Assembly: GCA_963752285.1 (NCBI GenBank)
Contig: CAVVXN010000005.1
Location: 2,272,001-2,336,000 of the forward strand
Direction: 5' to 3'
Source of the DNA: an uncultured Planctomycetota bacterium
GTDB lineage: Bacteria; Planctomycetota; PLA2; JAEUHO01
Length of the DNA stretch: 64,000 nucleotides
Shown: piece by piece, positions 1 through 10,267 of the stretch
Position numbering within the stretch: the stretch's first letter is position 1
Layout: each line of letters opens with the position of its first letter
Notes under the pieces: generated by a model
Seen by the model: only the letters and a program-made list of their open reading frames with translations
Database searches by the model: none
Told to the model about the DNA's origin: nothing
Translations under genes and position numbers: made by a program

Positions 1-501
1 GTCGCCGATCGTCACCCGCCCGGTGCGGTGCGCCCAGGGCGTCCAGAGGAGGCCGGCCTCGGGGGTGGACGCCGCGCGGGAGATGCGTACGGGGACGGTC
101 TCCTCGCCGTCGGGGAACGCCACCCGGACCTGGACGACGTGCTCCGCCGCGGCCGACCGGGACCACGGTCGCGGCGGCTCCTCGGAGAGGTCCTGGTCGA
201 GATCGGCGTCCACCCACAACCGCTCGCGACCGGGGGCGACGTCGATCGCGACCGTGACCGTCCCCCCGGCGCCCCACGGGAGCCGGGCGAATCGGCCCGA
301 ACCGAGGTCCGCGGGCGGCACGACGCCGGCGGGCGGCTCCGAAACGAGCGTCGCGACCGCCGTGCCGGGGACCCCGACGACGTCCGGCTCCCACTCGAGG
401 TCCTGCGCCACCTCCTCCGACGCGCCCGAGGAGGTCCCCGGCCCGACGACGAGGAGGCCCAGCAGGGCGAGGGCCAGGGACATCCGGGCGCGCCGCGGCA
501 T
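1..501 (-). CDS. Secreted hypothetical protein, runs off the left edge of the window
   Basis: Manual translation from ATG 501: MPRRARMSLALALLGLLVVGPGTSSGASEEVAQDLEWEP...LWVDADLDQDLSEE...; signal-peptide-like N-terminus, no stop before position 1, TATCAT box 6 nt upstream. Absent from the ORF track because the stop is outside the window. Confidence 0.65.
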   Translation of the reverse strand, partial: MPRRARMSLALALLGLLVVGPGTSSGASEEVAQDLEWEPDVVGVPGTAVATLVSEPPAGVVPPADLGSGRFARLPWGAGGTVTVAIDVAPGRERLWVDADLDQDLSEEPPRPWSRSAAAEHVVQVRVAFPDGEETVPVRISRAASTPEAGLLWTPWAHRTGRVTIGD

Positions 502-553
502 CGGGTCATGATACGGAGCTCCGCGTGCTCCGCCCCGCCGCGTTCACCGAGCC

Positions 554-1402
554 TCAACCCTCGAGCAAGCGCACCAGGCGGTCGCGGGGAAGGAGCCACC
601 GGCGCCGGAGGAGCGAGCCGTACCCGGACGACTGCTCCTCGCCGAAGCGCTTCGCGTCGAGGCGCCCCTGGGCGAGGTCGAGCAGGAGGTCTTCCGCGTG
701 CTCGCGCTCCGACGTGTCCTCCGGGAGCGCGCGCACGCGAGCCTGAAGGCGCGCCTCCTCGGCCTCCTGGAGCGCGGCGACCAGCGCGCGGACCTCGGCG
801 AGCAGCGCGCGGAGCTCGACGCGCGTCTCTTGGAGCCCCTGGAGCGCCTCGTCGAGCACGGCCTTGGCCGCGTGCTGGTTGGCGCGCCGCGCGTCGTCCA
901 GGGCCTTCTTCTCGCCCGCGCGGACCTTCGCCTCGTCCTTCGCGGTGACGATGCCCCCGCCCCCGGTGGCCTTCATGGTCCCGATGAACAGGCGCTGGCG
1001 CCACACGACGCGCACCCGTTCGTGCTGGAGGAGGGCGCCGGCGAGCTCGGTGTAGAGCGCGGCCATCTCGCGGACGGTCGTGGGCCAGAGGCTCGCCCGG
1101 ATCCGCTCGGGCCGCCGGGCGGCGTCGTACTCCCACGCCCGCGCGCTCGCGAGGCGCTCCACGCGCGCTCCCATCCGACGCGCGCGCGGCTCGATCGCGG
1201 CCTTCCACGCGTCGTACCGGACGCGCTCCGCCGCGGTGCGCGGGGGCGCCGCGAGCAGGCCCCGCAGGTGGTCGGCGAGCAGGACCACCCGGTCCCTCGG
1301 CGTCGCGCTTCTCTCGACGCCGGCAGCCGGCCCGGGGGCGCCGCTCCGGTTCCCCCCCTTCGGTTTCGCGCTCGAGGCCGACGCTCTCTTCGTCCCGGCC
1401 AC
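554..1402 (-). CDS. Hypothetical helical/coiled-coil protein
   Basis: ORF 554..1456; GGAGG 6 nt before GTG 1402 favours this start; amphipathic heptad-like stretch (LDEALQGLQETRVELRALLAEVRALVAALQEAEE). Confidence 0.6.
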   Translation of the reverse strand: MAGTKRASASSAKPKGGNRSGAPGPAAGVERSATPRDRVVLLADHLRGLLAAPPRTAAERVRYDAWKAAIEPRARRMGARVERLASARAWEYDAARRPERIRASLWPTTVREMAALYTELAGALLQHERVRVVWRQRLFIGTMKATGGGGIVTAKDEAKVRAGEKKALDDARRANQHAAKAVLDEALQGLQETRVELRALLAEVRALVAALQEAEEARLQARVRALPEDTSEREHAEDLLLDLAQGRLDAKRFGEEQSSGYGSLLRRRWLLPRDRLVRLLEG

Positions 1403-1487
1403 CGCGGTCCTCCGGCTCGCCCCCTCGCGGGCGGGGAAGACCTTACCGCAGCGCACGCCGCAGGCGAAGCGGCCCGATCCGGACGCG

Positions 1488-2045
1488 CTACTCCCCTTCC
1501 GGTCGGAAGAGGTCGAGCGTCCACCAGGGACCGTCGGCCGGCCCCGTGTGGACCCCGACGCCCGCGCGCGTGAAGCCGGGCGTCAGGATGTTCGCCTCGT
1601 GCCCGGGGGACTCCATCCAGGCGCGCACGACGGCCTCGGGCGTGCCGACGCCCCGCGCGATGTTCTCCCCGACGAGCGTCAACGCGAAGCCCGCCGCGGC
1701 GAGGCGCTCCTCCGGACCGAGCCCCTGTGGGTTCACGTGGTCGAAGAACCCCTCGACGTCCATGTCCCAGGCGTGGGCGTAGGCGACCTCGGCCGCCCTC
1801 TCGTCCCACGCGAGGGGCAGGAGGCCGGCCGCCTGACGCTCCTCGTTCACGTGCAGGAGGACCTCCTCCGCCCAGACGCGCTCGCCGGACGACATCGTCG
1901 CGTACGTCCCGGGACCGCCGTCGGGGACGACGGCCGCGGTCGAGTCGAGGAGGCTCGCGGCTCCGCACCCCGCGAGGGAGAGGGCCGAGGCGAGGACCAG
2001 CAGAGGGGAGAGCGCGAGGAGGAGGTGCGCACGTCGCGTGGTCAT
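1488..2045 (-). CDS. CAP (SCP-like) domain lipoprotein
   Basis: Lipobox LAGC; motifs VNEERQAAGL, AHAWDM, FFDH, GENIA, WMESPGHEANIL. Confidence 0.9.
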   Translation of the reverse strand: MTTRRAHLLLALSPLLVLASALSLAGCGAASLLDSTAAVVPDGGPGTYATMSSGERVWAEEVLLHVNEERQAAGLLPLAWDERAAEVAYAHAWDMDVEGFFDHVNPQGLGPEERLAAAGFALTLVGENIARGVGTPEAVVRAWMESPGHEANILTPGFTRAGVGVHTGPADGPWWTLDLFRPEGE

Positions 2046-2161
2046 CTCGCACGGATCATCGGACGGTCCGTGGGTCCGCTGAAGACGCGCCCCAACGGTT
2101 CGCTCCGGATTCGCGCGCACCACGACCGCGCGCCGCGAGGTACATGGCCCTCCGAACGCTC

Positions 2162-2950
2162 CTACCTCGGGTCGAAGGTCGCGGGTTCGTCGAGGAAGAG
2201 CACGACGGGCGCGTGATCGGAGGGCTTCTTGCCCTTTCGCTCGTCACGGTCCACGAGCACGCCCGTGGTGCGCCGCGCCACGGCCTGGGTGCCGAGCACG
2301 AGGTCGATCCGGAGGCCGGCGTTCCGGGGGAAGGAGAGCTGACGGTAGTCCCACCACGTGAAGACGCCGGGCCGCGCGTCGTGGAGGCGCAGCAGGTCGC
2401 TGAGCCCCCAGGCCCGTAGGTACGCGAGCGCCGCGTGCTCGTCCGGGTGGAAGAGGACGTGCCCGCGCCACGCCTCCGGGTCGTGCACGTCCTCGTCTTT
2501 CGGCGCGACGTTGAAGTCGCCGAGGACGACGACGGGGTCCTCGGGGCTCGCCGTCCGTTCGAGCAGCCCGCGGAGCCTGCGGATCCAGTCGAGCTTGTAA
2601 GGGAACTTGGGGCTGTCCGGCGACTGCCCGTTCGGCACGTACACCCCCACCACCCGGACGCCGTCCACCCGGGCGGCGATCGAGCGCGCCTCCTCGCCCG
2701 TGGGGCCGTCGAGGCCCCGGCGGACCTCCTCGAGCGGGGTCTTCGAGAGGAGGGCCACCCCGTTCCAGGTCTTCTGCCCGAACGTCTCGACCACGTAGCC
2801 CGCCGCCTCGAGGGGCGCGCGGGGGAAGGTCTCGTCCGTGCTCTTCGTCTCCTGGAGCGCCAGCACGTCGGGCCGGCGCCGCTCGAGCCACGACAGGAGC
2901 CGCTCGAGGCGCATCCGCACCGAGTTCACGTTCCACGTGGCGATGCGCAT
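2162..2950 (-). CDS. xth: Exodeoxyribonuclease III
   Basis: MRIATWNVNS, LQETK, YVPNG, GDFNVAP, TWWDYR, GLRIDL, SDHAPV motifs. Confidence 0.97.
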   Translation of the reverse strand: MRIATWNVNSVRMRLERLLSWLERRRPDVLALQETKSTDETFPRAPLEAAGYVVETFGQKTWNGVALLSKTPLEEVRRGLDGPTGEEARSIAARVDGVRVVGVYVPNGQSPDSPKFPYKLDWIRRLRGLLERTASPEDPVVVLGDFNVAPKDEDVHDPEAWRGHVLFHPDEHAALAYLRAWGLSDLLRLHDARPGVFTWWDYRQLSFPRNAGLRIDLVLGTQAVARRTTGVLVDRDERKGKKPSDHAPVVLFLDEPATFDPR

Positions 2951-3102
2951 CCGGCCTCCGCGCAGGCGGACCCGGCCGATCCGGACCCCGCCCCGCCGCC
3001 ACGCTACCCCGGGGCCCGCCTCTGATTGACCCCGGTCCCTGCCGCACTACCCTCGCCCGGACGCGCTCAGAGGCGCGAGAACCCCGCCCGGAGGGCGCGA
3101 TC

Positions 3103-4296
3103 ATGAGCCCCGAGACCCCCACGTCCCCCGAGCGCCCCGACGCGTCGAAGGTGCTCTTCGAGGTGACGGAGGCCCACCTCGACACGGGGCTCCGCGGCTA
3201 CCCCGTCGGCACCTGCCGGACGAGCAGCGTGGACCCCGAGCAGGGGCTCCACTACGTGGGCTACCCCATCCGCGACCTCAAGGACCTCCCCGCCGAGGAC
3301 GTCGTCTACCTCCTCTTCTTCAAGAGGCTGCCCACGCCCGACGAGGCCGCGGCGTTCCGGACGGACCTCGCCGCGCGGACGAAGGATGACGAGGGGCTCG
3401 ACCGGCTGCTCGAGCGCCTGCCGCGCCACGGGCACCCGATGTCGTGGTTCCAGGTCGCCCTGCAGTGGCTCTCGATGCAGGGCTCGACGGGCGACTGGCT
3501 CGAGGACGCGCTGAACGTCGTCGCGCGTTCGAGCGCCGTGGTCGCGGCGATCATCCGGACGCACCAGGGCTGGCCGCGTCCCAAGAAGCCGGCCCCGGAC
3601 CTCTCCTTCCACGAGACCTTCGCCACGCTCCTCGGGCACCCCGACCCGCACCCCGTGCTGCCCGAGCTGCTCCGTCTCTTCTACGTCCTCCACATGGACC
3701 ACGGCGGCGGCAACCTCTCGACGTTCGTCGGCAAGGCGGTCGCGTCGGGCAAGGCCGACGTCTGCTCCTCGCTCTCGGCCGCCATGGGCGCCCTCTACGG
3801 ACCGCGCCACGGCCGCGCGAACCAGGAGTGCCTCGCGTTCGTGAAGAGCATCGGCACGTCGGACCCGAAGGCGGTCGAGGCGCGCGTGCGCGGCATCCTC
3901 GACTCGGGCGGGCTCGTGTTCGGATTCGGCCACGCGGTGCTCCGGGTCGAGGACCCCCGCGCGGCGATCCAGTACGACTTCGGGCGGGAGCGCTTCCCCG
4001 ACCATCCGCTCGTTCGGACCGCCCTCGCGCTCCGCGAGGTGGTGCCGCCGATCCTCCAGGAGAACCCGAAGATCCAGAACCCGTACCCGAACGTGGACGC
4101 GGTCTCGGGCTCTCTCCTCACGGCGGCGGGCCTCGACGACCCCGAGCTCTACACGCTCCTCTTCGGGTGGTCGCGGTGCGCCGGCATCGCGGCGCAGATC
4201 GTGGACGAGCGCACGTTCCCCGGCAAGAAGGACGGGCTCCCGATCTACCGCCCGCGGTACCTGGCGAAGGACCAGCCGCGGCGCCACCTCGCGTGA
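3103..4296 (+). CDS. gltA: Citrate synthase (eukaryote-like subtype motifs)
   Basis: HMDHGGGNLS, GPRHGRANQE, GFGHAVLRVEDPR, YPNVDAVSG catalytic motifs. Confidence 0.92.
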   Translation: MSPETPTSPERPDASKVLFEVTEAHLDTGLRGYPVGTCRTSSVDPEQGLHYVGYPIRDLKDLPAEDVVYLLFFKRLPTPDEAAAFRTDLAARTKDDEGLDRLLERLPRHGHPMSWFQVALQWLSMQGSTGDWLEDALNVVARSSAVVAAIIRTHQGWPRPKKPAPDLSFHETFATLLGHPDPHPVLPELLRLFYVLHMDHGGGNLSTFVGKAVASGKADVCSSLSAAMGALYGPRHGRANQECLAFVKSIGTSDPKAVEARVRGILDSGGLVFGFGHAVLRVEDPRAAIQYDFGRERFPDHPLVRTALALREVVPPILQENPKIQNPYPNVDAVSGSLLTAAGLDDPELYTLLFGWSRCAGIAAQIVDERTFPGKKDGLPIYRPRYLAKDQPRRHLA

Positions 4297-4317
4297 CGGC
4301 CGGCCGGGCCCGCGTCC

Positions 4318-5748
4318 TCAGCGGGGCGTCCCGGCCGCCTCCGTCCCGGTGTCCGCCTGGGCCAGGCCGTCGAGCGTCTCGTCGATGGCGGCGGCCGAGG
4401 CCTCCTCGTCCACGTTCGGCGCGGCGACGTTCGTGAGCTCGAGGACGTAGCGGCCCTCGCGGGCGATGGCGGTCGTCACGGTCACGCTCTGGCTCCCGAC
4501 CGCGACCGTCTTCGTGGCCTCGAAGCCCTGCCGCGCGCGGTCCTTCCCCACGCCCTTCTCGTAGCTGGAGCGGGTGATCCGGATCGACCCCGTGGACATG
4601 TGGTCGTCCTTGATCTTCTGCATGCTCCACTCGATGCCCTCGAAGTGCGCGGCGGCGTCGGCCGTGGCGAAGCGCATGAGGCAGGCGGTGAGCATGTGGT
4701 TCTGGTCGGCCGAGCTGGCCGTCACGAGGCGGCTCTCCTCGTAGCCGTCGAACGCGTGCTCGCGCTGCTCCGGCGGGAGCATCGCGAACTGCGGGGCGAG
4801 CGACGCCTCGAGGAGCGAGAGCTCGCGCGCGGGCAGGCCGGTCTTCTCGACCAGCGCCTTCAGAGGCAGGAGGAGGTCGTCGAGGGACGGCTCCTTCGGC
4901 GCGCTCTCGGGGTGGAGCCAGAGCTCGGGGTGCTCGATCTCGCGTGGCGACACGGGCGGCGTGCGGAGCGCCGCTTCCATGCCCTCGACCCCGCGCGACT
5001 CCTTCACCGCGTCGAAGAAGGCCAGGCCCTGGTGGTAGGCGAAGCCGACCTGCGTGGCCATGGTCTGGGCCACGAGCTTCGCGGCGCCCTCCGTTCCGGG
5101 CGGCACCTCGGAGATGCAGTCCACGTAGAGGTCGAACGCGTCACGGATGCCCCACGCGTCGCTGATCGCGCGCGCGACGATCTGGGCGTGTCCCTCGATC
5201 GTCGCCCCGAAGGCCTGCTGACCGTCCGTCGTCTTTCGCTTCTGGCGCTCCGCCTCCAGGCCGAAGCGTTGGAAGTCGAGCGCGTGGGTCGCCTCGTGGG
5301 CGAGGATCACGCGGAGGACGGGCTCGGACTCGATCGCGGGCCGGTTGAGGAGCTTCGCGACCAGTGCGGCGTTCCCGGGCACGACGTGGACGACGTCGGC
5401 CCCGGGCTCGTACTTCGCGAGGAGCATGTGCGTCATCAGGGAGAGCTGGGCGTCGATGGTCGCGGCGTCGGCCTGGGCCGAGAGCACCTCGTCGAGCTCG
5501 TGGTGGAGGATCGGCAGCAGGTCCTGCGGCGTCGAGATCCGGACCTTCGGGTGCTTCACGTACTTCGCCCCCGTGGCCTTCTCCACGGCGGCCACGGCCT
5601 CCTCGAACCGGCGCTCGACGAGCGCGGCGTCGGTCCAGGGCGAGGCGCCCGCCGCCTCGTCGGCGGCCCGGAGCGCCCCGGCGGTCAGGGCCAGGAAGGA
5701 GGCGAGGAAGGCGAGGGAGACGGCGGCGGAGCGTACGCGGTGCTTCAT
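4318..5748 (-). CDS. Secreted HExxH zinc-metallopeptidase-like protein
   Basis: Signal peptide MKHRVRSAAVSLAFLASFLALTAGALRA; VILAHEATHALD with downstream IEGHA (third-ligand Glu candidate). The upstream part of ORF 4318..7302 is an off-frame overlap with metH. Confidence 0.7.
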   Translation of the reverse strand: MKHRVRSAAVSLAFLASFLALTAGALRAADEAAGASPWTDAALVERRFEEAVAAVEKATGAKYVKHPKVRISTPQDLLPILHHELDEVLSAQADAATIDAQLSLMTHMLLAKYEPGADVVHVVPGNAALVAKLLNRPAIESEPVLRVILAHEATHALDFQRFGLEAERQKRKTTDGQQAFGATIEGHAQIVARAISDAWGIRDAFDLYVDCISEVPPGTEGAAKLVAQTMATQVGFAYHQGLAFFDAVKESRGVEGMEAALRTPPVSPREIEHPELWLHPESAPKEPSLDDLLLPLKALVEKTGLPARELSLLEASLAPQFAMLPPEQREHAFDGYEESRLVTASSADQNHMLTACLMRFATADAAAHFEGIEWSMQKIKDDHMSTGSIRITRSSYEKGVGKDRARQGFEATKTVAVGSQSVTVTTAIAREGRYVLELTNVAAPNVDEEASAAAIDETLDGLAQADTGTEAAGTPR

Positions 5749-5822
5749 GGGAGGCGGATGGTACGAGCGGGCGGGGCCGTCCGCGACGGGGGCGGCCCCG
5801 CCGCCCCGGACGGGGAACCCCC

Positions 5823-8800
5823 TCAGACCGAGAAGTAGCGCGCGTCGGGATGCGAGACGACGAGCGCCGAGACGCTCGCCTCGGGGTCCATCATGAAGCC
5901 CTCGGTCAGACGAACCCCGATCGTCTCGGGCCGGAGCAGCCGGAAGAGGCCGGCCTGGTCCTCCAGGTTCGGACAGGCCGGGTAGCCGAACGAGTAGCGG
6001 CAGCCGGGGTAGGCCCCCCGGAACACGTCCTCGCGCCGCGTGCCCTCGGGGTCGGGAAACCCCCAGCGCGCGCGGACCTTCGCGTGGAGCCACTCGGCGG
6101 CCGCCTCCGCGGTCTCCACGGCGAGCGCGCCGAGCACGTGGCTCTCGAGGTAGCGCCCGGCCTCGCGGAGCGAGGCGACGCGCGCCCGGATGCCCTCGCC
6201 CGCCGTCGTGACGAAGAAGGCGACGTGGTCGGGGTGCTCGGCCGAGCCGACGAGGTAGTCGGCGATCGAGCGGCCCTCGCCGCGCGTCTGGCGGGGGAAG
6301 AGGAACCGCTCGAGCGCCCGGCCGCCCTCCGGGTCGAGCACGACGACCTCGTCGCCCTCCCGGGCCACCGGGAAGAAGCGGTAGACCGCCCGCGCGGTCA
6401 TCGCCCCCGCGCGGGAGAGCGCCTTCGCCTCCTCGACGGCCTCCTCGAGCATCGCGTACTTGGCGTCCCTCGCCTCGGCGAGACGCCGGACGGAGCCACG
6501 GAGCCCGAGGTGCTTCCCGTAGAGCATCTGCGGGTTCAGCCACGCCCACACCTCGTCGAGGTCCAGCGGGTCGAGGACGACGCGCGCGAACGAGGGCGGG
6601 GCGGGGCGGGGCCCGTACCTCGGTAGGGGCACGCGCGCGGGCGCCGCGGGCGCCGCCTCGGAGGCGGTCCGCTTCGCCTCGAGCGCGCGGGCCGCGCGGG
6701 CGCGGTGCCCTTCGAGCTCCTGGAGGAGCCCGGGCCGCTCCACCGGGTCGAGGAAGCGGCGCGCGAGCTCCAGGCCGTGCATCGCGTCCCGCGCGTACGC
6801 CACGGGGCCGCCGTACGCAGGCGCGATCCGGCCGTACGTGAACATCGGCGAGAGCGCGGCCCCGCCCACGAGGAGTGGAACGTCCACGCCCGCCACGCGG
6901 AGGTCCTCGGCGGTGGTCACCATCATCTGGGCGCTCTTCACGAGGAGACCCGAGAGCCCGATCAGGTCGGGCTTCGACGCGGTCGCGGCCTCGATGAGGC
7001 GTTCGCTCGGCACCTTGATCCCCAGGTTCTCGACCTCGATACCGTTGTTCGTGAGCACGATGTCCACGAGGTTCTTCCCGATGTCGTGCACGTCGCCCTT
7101 GACGGTCGCGAGCACGATCCGCCCGAGCCGCGCGCTCGCGTTCTTCTCCATGCGGGGCTCGAGGTACGTGACCGCGGCCTTCATGGCCGCCGCGCTCTGG
7201 AGCACCTCCGCGACGATCAGCTCGTTTTGGTTGAAGAGACGGCCGACCTCCGCCATGCCCGCCATCAGCGGACCGTTGATCACGTCCAGCGGCGTGGGCC
7301 ATCGGGGGTCGGCGAGCGCGAGGAGGAGGTCGGCCTCGAGCCCCTCCTTCGTGCCCTCCACCACGTACGCGCCGAGGCGCTCGGCGAGCGGGAGCTGTGC
7401 GCGGCGGGGCCGTTCGTCGGCCGGGCGGTTACGGAAGTGCGTGGTGAACGCGCCGATCGGGTCGTCGCCCCGCCAGTCGATCAGGTCCTCGGAGAGCCGG
7501 CGCTCCTCCTCCGGGATCGAGGGGTAGCGCTTCAGGCGCTCGCTGTTCACGATCGCCATGTCGAGTCCGGCCTGCGTCGCGTGGTAGAGGAAGACGCTGT
7601 TCAGGACCTCCCGTCCCGCCTCGGGCAGACCGAACGACACGTTCGAGATCCCGAGCAGCGTCTTCGTCCGCGGGAAGGCCTTCTTCAAGGCACGCACGCC
7701 CTCGATCGTGTGGCGCGCGCTCCCGACGTACTTCTCGTCGCCGGTGCCGCACGGGAACACCAGCGGGTCCCAGACGATGTCCTCCTCGCGCACGCCGAAG
7801 TCCTCGACGAGGATCCGGTGGGAGCGCCGCGCCACCTCGAGCTTTCGCTCGACGGTGACCGCCATGCCCTCGGCGGGGTCCTCGTCGATCAGCCCCACGA
7901 CGAGCGCCGCGCCGTAGCGCCGGGCGAGGGGCACCACGGCCTCGAACCGCGCGAGGCCGTCCTCGAGGTTCACGCTGTTCAGGAGCGACTTGCCCTGGCA
8001 CCAGCGAAGCGCCCGCTCCATCACGTTCGCGTCCGTCGAGTCCACGACGAAGGGCACCTTCACGATCTTCACCGCCTCGGCGAGGAACGCGTCCATGTCG
8101 GCGACCTCGTCGGCGTCGGGGTCCTGGAGGCACACGTCGATCAGGTGCGCGCCGCCCTTCACCTGCCGCCGCCCGACCTCGGCCGCCTCCTCGAACCGGC
8201 GCTCCTTGACGAGTCGTTTGAAGCGTCGGCTCCCGAGCACGTTCGTCCGCTCGCCGACGATCACGGGGCGGTTGTCGTCCGCGACCTCGAGGAAGTCGAT
8301 GCCCGAGAGCCACGTGCGACGCTCGGTCGGGGGCACGCGGGGCGGGGCGTCCGCGAGCGCCTCGGCGATCGCGCGCACGTGCGCGTCCGTCGTCCCGCAG
8401 CACCCGCCCGCGAGGTTCAACCAGCCCTCGGCGGCGAAGCGGCCGAGGACGCGGGCCAGGTCCGCGGGCCCCTCCGCGTAGCGCCCGTCCTCGTCGGGAA
8501 GGCCCGCGTTCGGCACGCAGGCGACCGGGAACGGCGACATCCGCGCCAGCGTGCGGACGTGGTCGGTCATGAACTCCGGCCCCGTCGCGCAGTTGAGGCC
8601 CAGGTAGAGCAGGTCCGCGTGGAGCAGGCTCGCGACCAGGGCCTCGACGCCCTGGCCGGCGAGCATCGTCCCCGTGGGCTCGATCGTCCCGCTGACCGCC
8701 ACGGGGACACTGTGGCCGAGCTCCGAGAACGCCTCGGCGACGCCCAGGAGGGCGGCCTTCACGTTCCGCGTGTCCTGCGCGGTCTCGACCAACAGGTAGT

Positions 8801-9302
8801 CGGCGCCTCCCTCGACGAGACCTCTCGCCTGCTCGACGAAGGTCCGGACGAGCGCGTCGAAGGTCACGCCCCCGGTCACGGAGATGGCTTTCGTGGTGGG
8901 CCCCATCGAGCCGGCGACGAACCGTGTGCGCCCCGGCGCGTCGAACCGCGCGCAGGCGGCCCGGGCGAGGCGCGCCGCCTCGCGGTTCATGCGCCGCGCC
9001 TCGCCCTCGAGCCCGTACTCGGCGAGGACGAGCGGCGTCGCGCCGAAGGTGTCGGTCTCGACGACGTCCGCGCCCGCCGCGAGGTACCGCTCGTGGATCT
9101 TCGTTACGACGTCCGGCCGCGTGAGGACGAGGTTCTCGTTGCACCCCTCGAGGCTCCGGCCCCCGAAGTCGTCGGCACGGAGCCCCTCGGCCTGGATCGC
9201 CGTCCCGGTCGCGCCGTCGAGGACGAGGATCCGCGTGGCGAGCGCCGCCTCGAGGGCGGCCGCACGTCGAGGGTCGGCGCGGGGGGGGGACGCGCCGCTC
9301 AC
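5823..9302 (-). CDS. metH: Cobalamin-dependent methionine synthase
   Basis: LDGATGT, GLNCATGP, GGCCGT, IVGERTN, B12-binding DVHDIGKN, RYSFGYPACPNL; GTG start overlaps the upstream TGA (GTGA). Confidence 0.97.
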   Translation of the reverse strand: MSGASPPRADPRRAAALEAALATRILVLDGATGTAIQAEGLRADDFGGRSLEGCNENLVLTRPDVVTKIHERYLAAGADVVETDTFGATPLVLAEYGLEGEARRMNREAARLARAACARFDAPGRTRFVAGSMGPTTKAISVTGGVTFDALVRTFVEQARGLVEGGADYLLVETAQDTRNVKAALLGVAEAFSELGHSVPVAVSGTIEPTGTMLAGQGVEALVASLLHADLLYLGLNCATGPEFMTDHVRTLARMSPFPVACVPNAGLPDEDGRYAEGPADLARVLGRFAAEGWLNLAGGCCGTTDAHVRAIAEALADAPPRVPPTERRTWLSGIDFLEVADDNRPVIVGERTNVLGSRRFKRLVKERRFEEAAEVGRRQVKGGAHLIDVCLQDPDADEVADMDAFLAEAVKIVKVPFVVDSTDANVMERALRWCQGKSLLNSVNLEDGLARFEAVVPLARRYGAALVVGLIDEDPAEGMAVTVERKLEVARRSHRILVEDFGVREEDIVWDPLVFPCGTGDEKYVGSARHTIEGVRALKKAFPRTKTLLGISNVSFGLPEAGREVLNSVFLYHATQAGLDMAIVNSERLKRYPSIPEEERRLSEDLIDWRGDDPIGAFTTHFRNRPADERPRRAQLPLAERLGAYVVEGTKEGLEADLLLALADPRWPTPLDVINGPLMAGMAEVGRLFNQNELIVAEVLQSAAAMKAAVTYLEPRMEKNASARLGRIVLATVKGDVHDIGKNLVDIVLTNNGIEVENLGIKVPSERLIEAATASKPDLIGLSGLLVKSAQMMVTTAEDLRVAGVDVPLLVGGAALSPMFTYGRIAPAYGGPVAYARDAMHGLELARRFLDPVERPGLLQELEGHRARAARALEAKRTASEAAPAAPARVPLPRYGPRPAPPSFARVVLDPLDLDEVWAWLNPQMLYGKHLGLRGSVRRLAEARDAKYAMLEEAVEEAKALSRAGAMTARAVYRFFPVAREGDEVVVLDPEGGRALERFLFPRQTRGEGRSIADYLVGSAEHPDHVAFFVTTAGEGIRARVASLREAGRYLESHVLGALAVETAEAAAEWLHAKVRARWGFPDPEGTRREDVFRGAYPGCRYSFGYPACPNLEDQAGLFRLLRPETIGVRLTEGFMMDPEASVSALVVSHPDARYFSV

Positions 9303-10267
9303 GCGCGCCTCCGTGCGGGTCTCGGCGACCCGCCCGGCGGGGCGGCGGGGCGCGTCGCCGACGCCACGAGGACGGCGAAGGGGTTTCCCCGACGCCGGGC
9401 CGCCTCTTCCACGCGCGGCCGCTCGAGCCCGGCGGCCGCGAGCCAGCCGGCGACCTCCTCGGGGGGGAAGCCCTGATGGACGTGACCCAGTCGTTCGCGC
9501 ACCCACGCCTCGCCGTGCGGGAGGAGGTCGAGCACGAGCACGCGTCCGGAGGGCCGGACGACGCGCGCGGCCTCCGCGACCGCCCGCGCGGGTTCGTCCT
9601 GGCCGTGCAGGACCTGCGAGAGGAGCGCGACGTCGAACGACGCGTCGGCGAGGGGCAACGCGTCGAGCGCGCCGCGACGGAAGACGACGTTGGGGGTGCC
9701 GGCGCGCCGCGCCGCGGCGCGCGCGCGGCCGAGGGTCCGGGCGTCCGGCTCCACGGCCACGACCCGGGTGGCGAACCGCGCGATCTCGATCGCGAGTGCG
9801 CCCTCGCCGCAGCCGAGGTCGGCGACCTCGAGCGGCGGGAGGAGGTGGCCGAGCGCGCGGGCCCACGCGGACCACGAGCGACCGGGCTCGGCCGGCCGCT
9901 GGCCGCGCCGCCCCCACCCCACGCGACGCTCCTCGCGCTCGCGGAGCACCTCCCCGAGTCGCGCGTCGTCGCCGTGCGGGTCGGCCGCCGTCGCGAGGCG
10001 GGCGCGAAGCGCCGGCCAGACGTCGCCGAGGCCGTCGGGCGCGAGGTCGGACAGCGCGAGCCACGTCCACCCCGCCTCTCGGCGCTCCCGCACGAACCCG
10101 CCCTCGCGAAGGAGCCGCACGTGCCGCGAGACGCCCGACTGCGCGAGGCCGAGGATCCGCACGAGCTCGCCCACGTTCAGGCGCTCCTTCGCGAGGAGGC
10201 GCAGCAGCCGGAGGCGCCCCTCGTCGCCGAGGAGGCGGAACGGGTCGGGGGCGAGGGCCGTCGTCAT
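9299..10267 (-). CDS. ArsR-family HTH fused to SAM-dependent methyltransferase domain (SahR/SamR-like methionine-cycle regulator)
   Basis: N-terminal ArsR HTH (LNVGELVRILGLAQSGVSRHVRLLREGGFV); C-terminal class I MTase (VADLGCGEG); translationally coupled to metH. Confidence 0.88.
   Translation of the reverse strand: MTTALAPDPFRLLGDEGRLRLLRLLAKERLNVGELVRILGLAQSGVSRHVRLLREGGFVRERREAGWTWLALSDLAPDGLGDVWPALRARLATAADPHGDDARLGEVLREREERRVGWGRRGQRPAEPGRSWSAWARALGHLLPPLEVADLGCGEGALAIEIARFATRVVAVEPDARTLGRARAAARRAGTPNVVFRRGALDALPLADASFDVALLSQVLHGQDEPARAVAEAARVVRPSGRVLVLDLLPHGEAWVRERLGHVHQGFPPEEVAGWLAAAGLERPRVEEAARRRGNPFAVLVASATRPAAPPGGSPRPARRRA

Noticed and set aside
9303..10070. N-terminal extension of the metH ORF
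   Set aside because: Overlaps the ArsR-methyltransferase gene in another frame; MetH motifs begin just after the GTGA junction at 9302.
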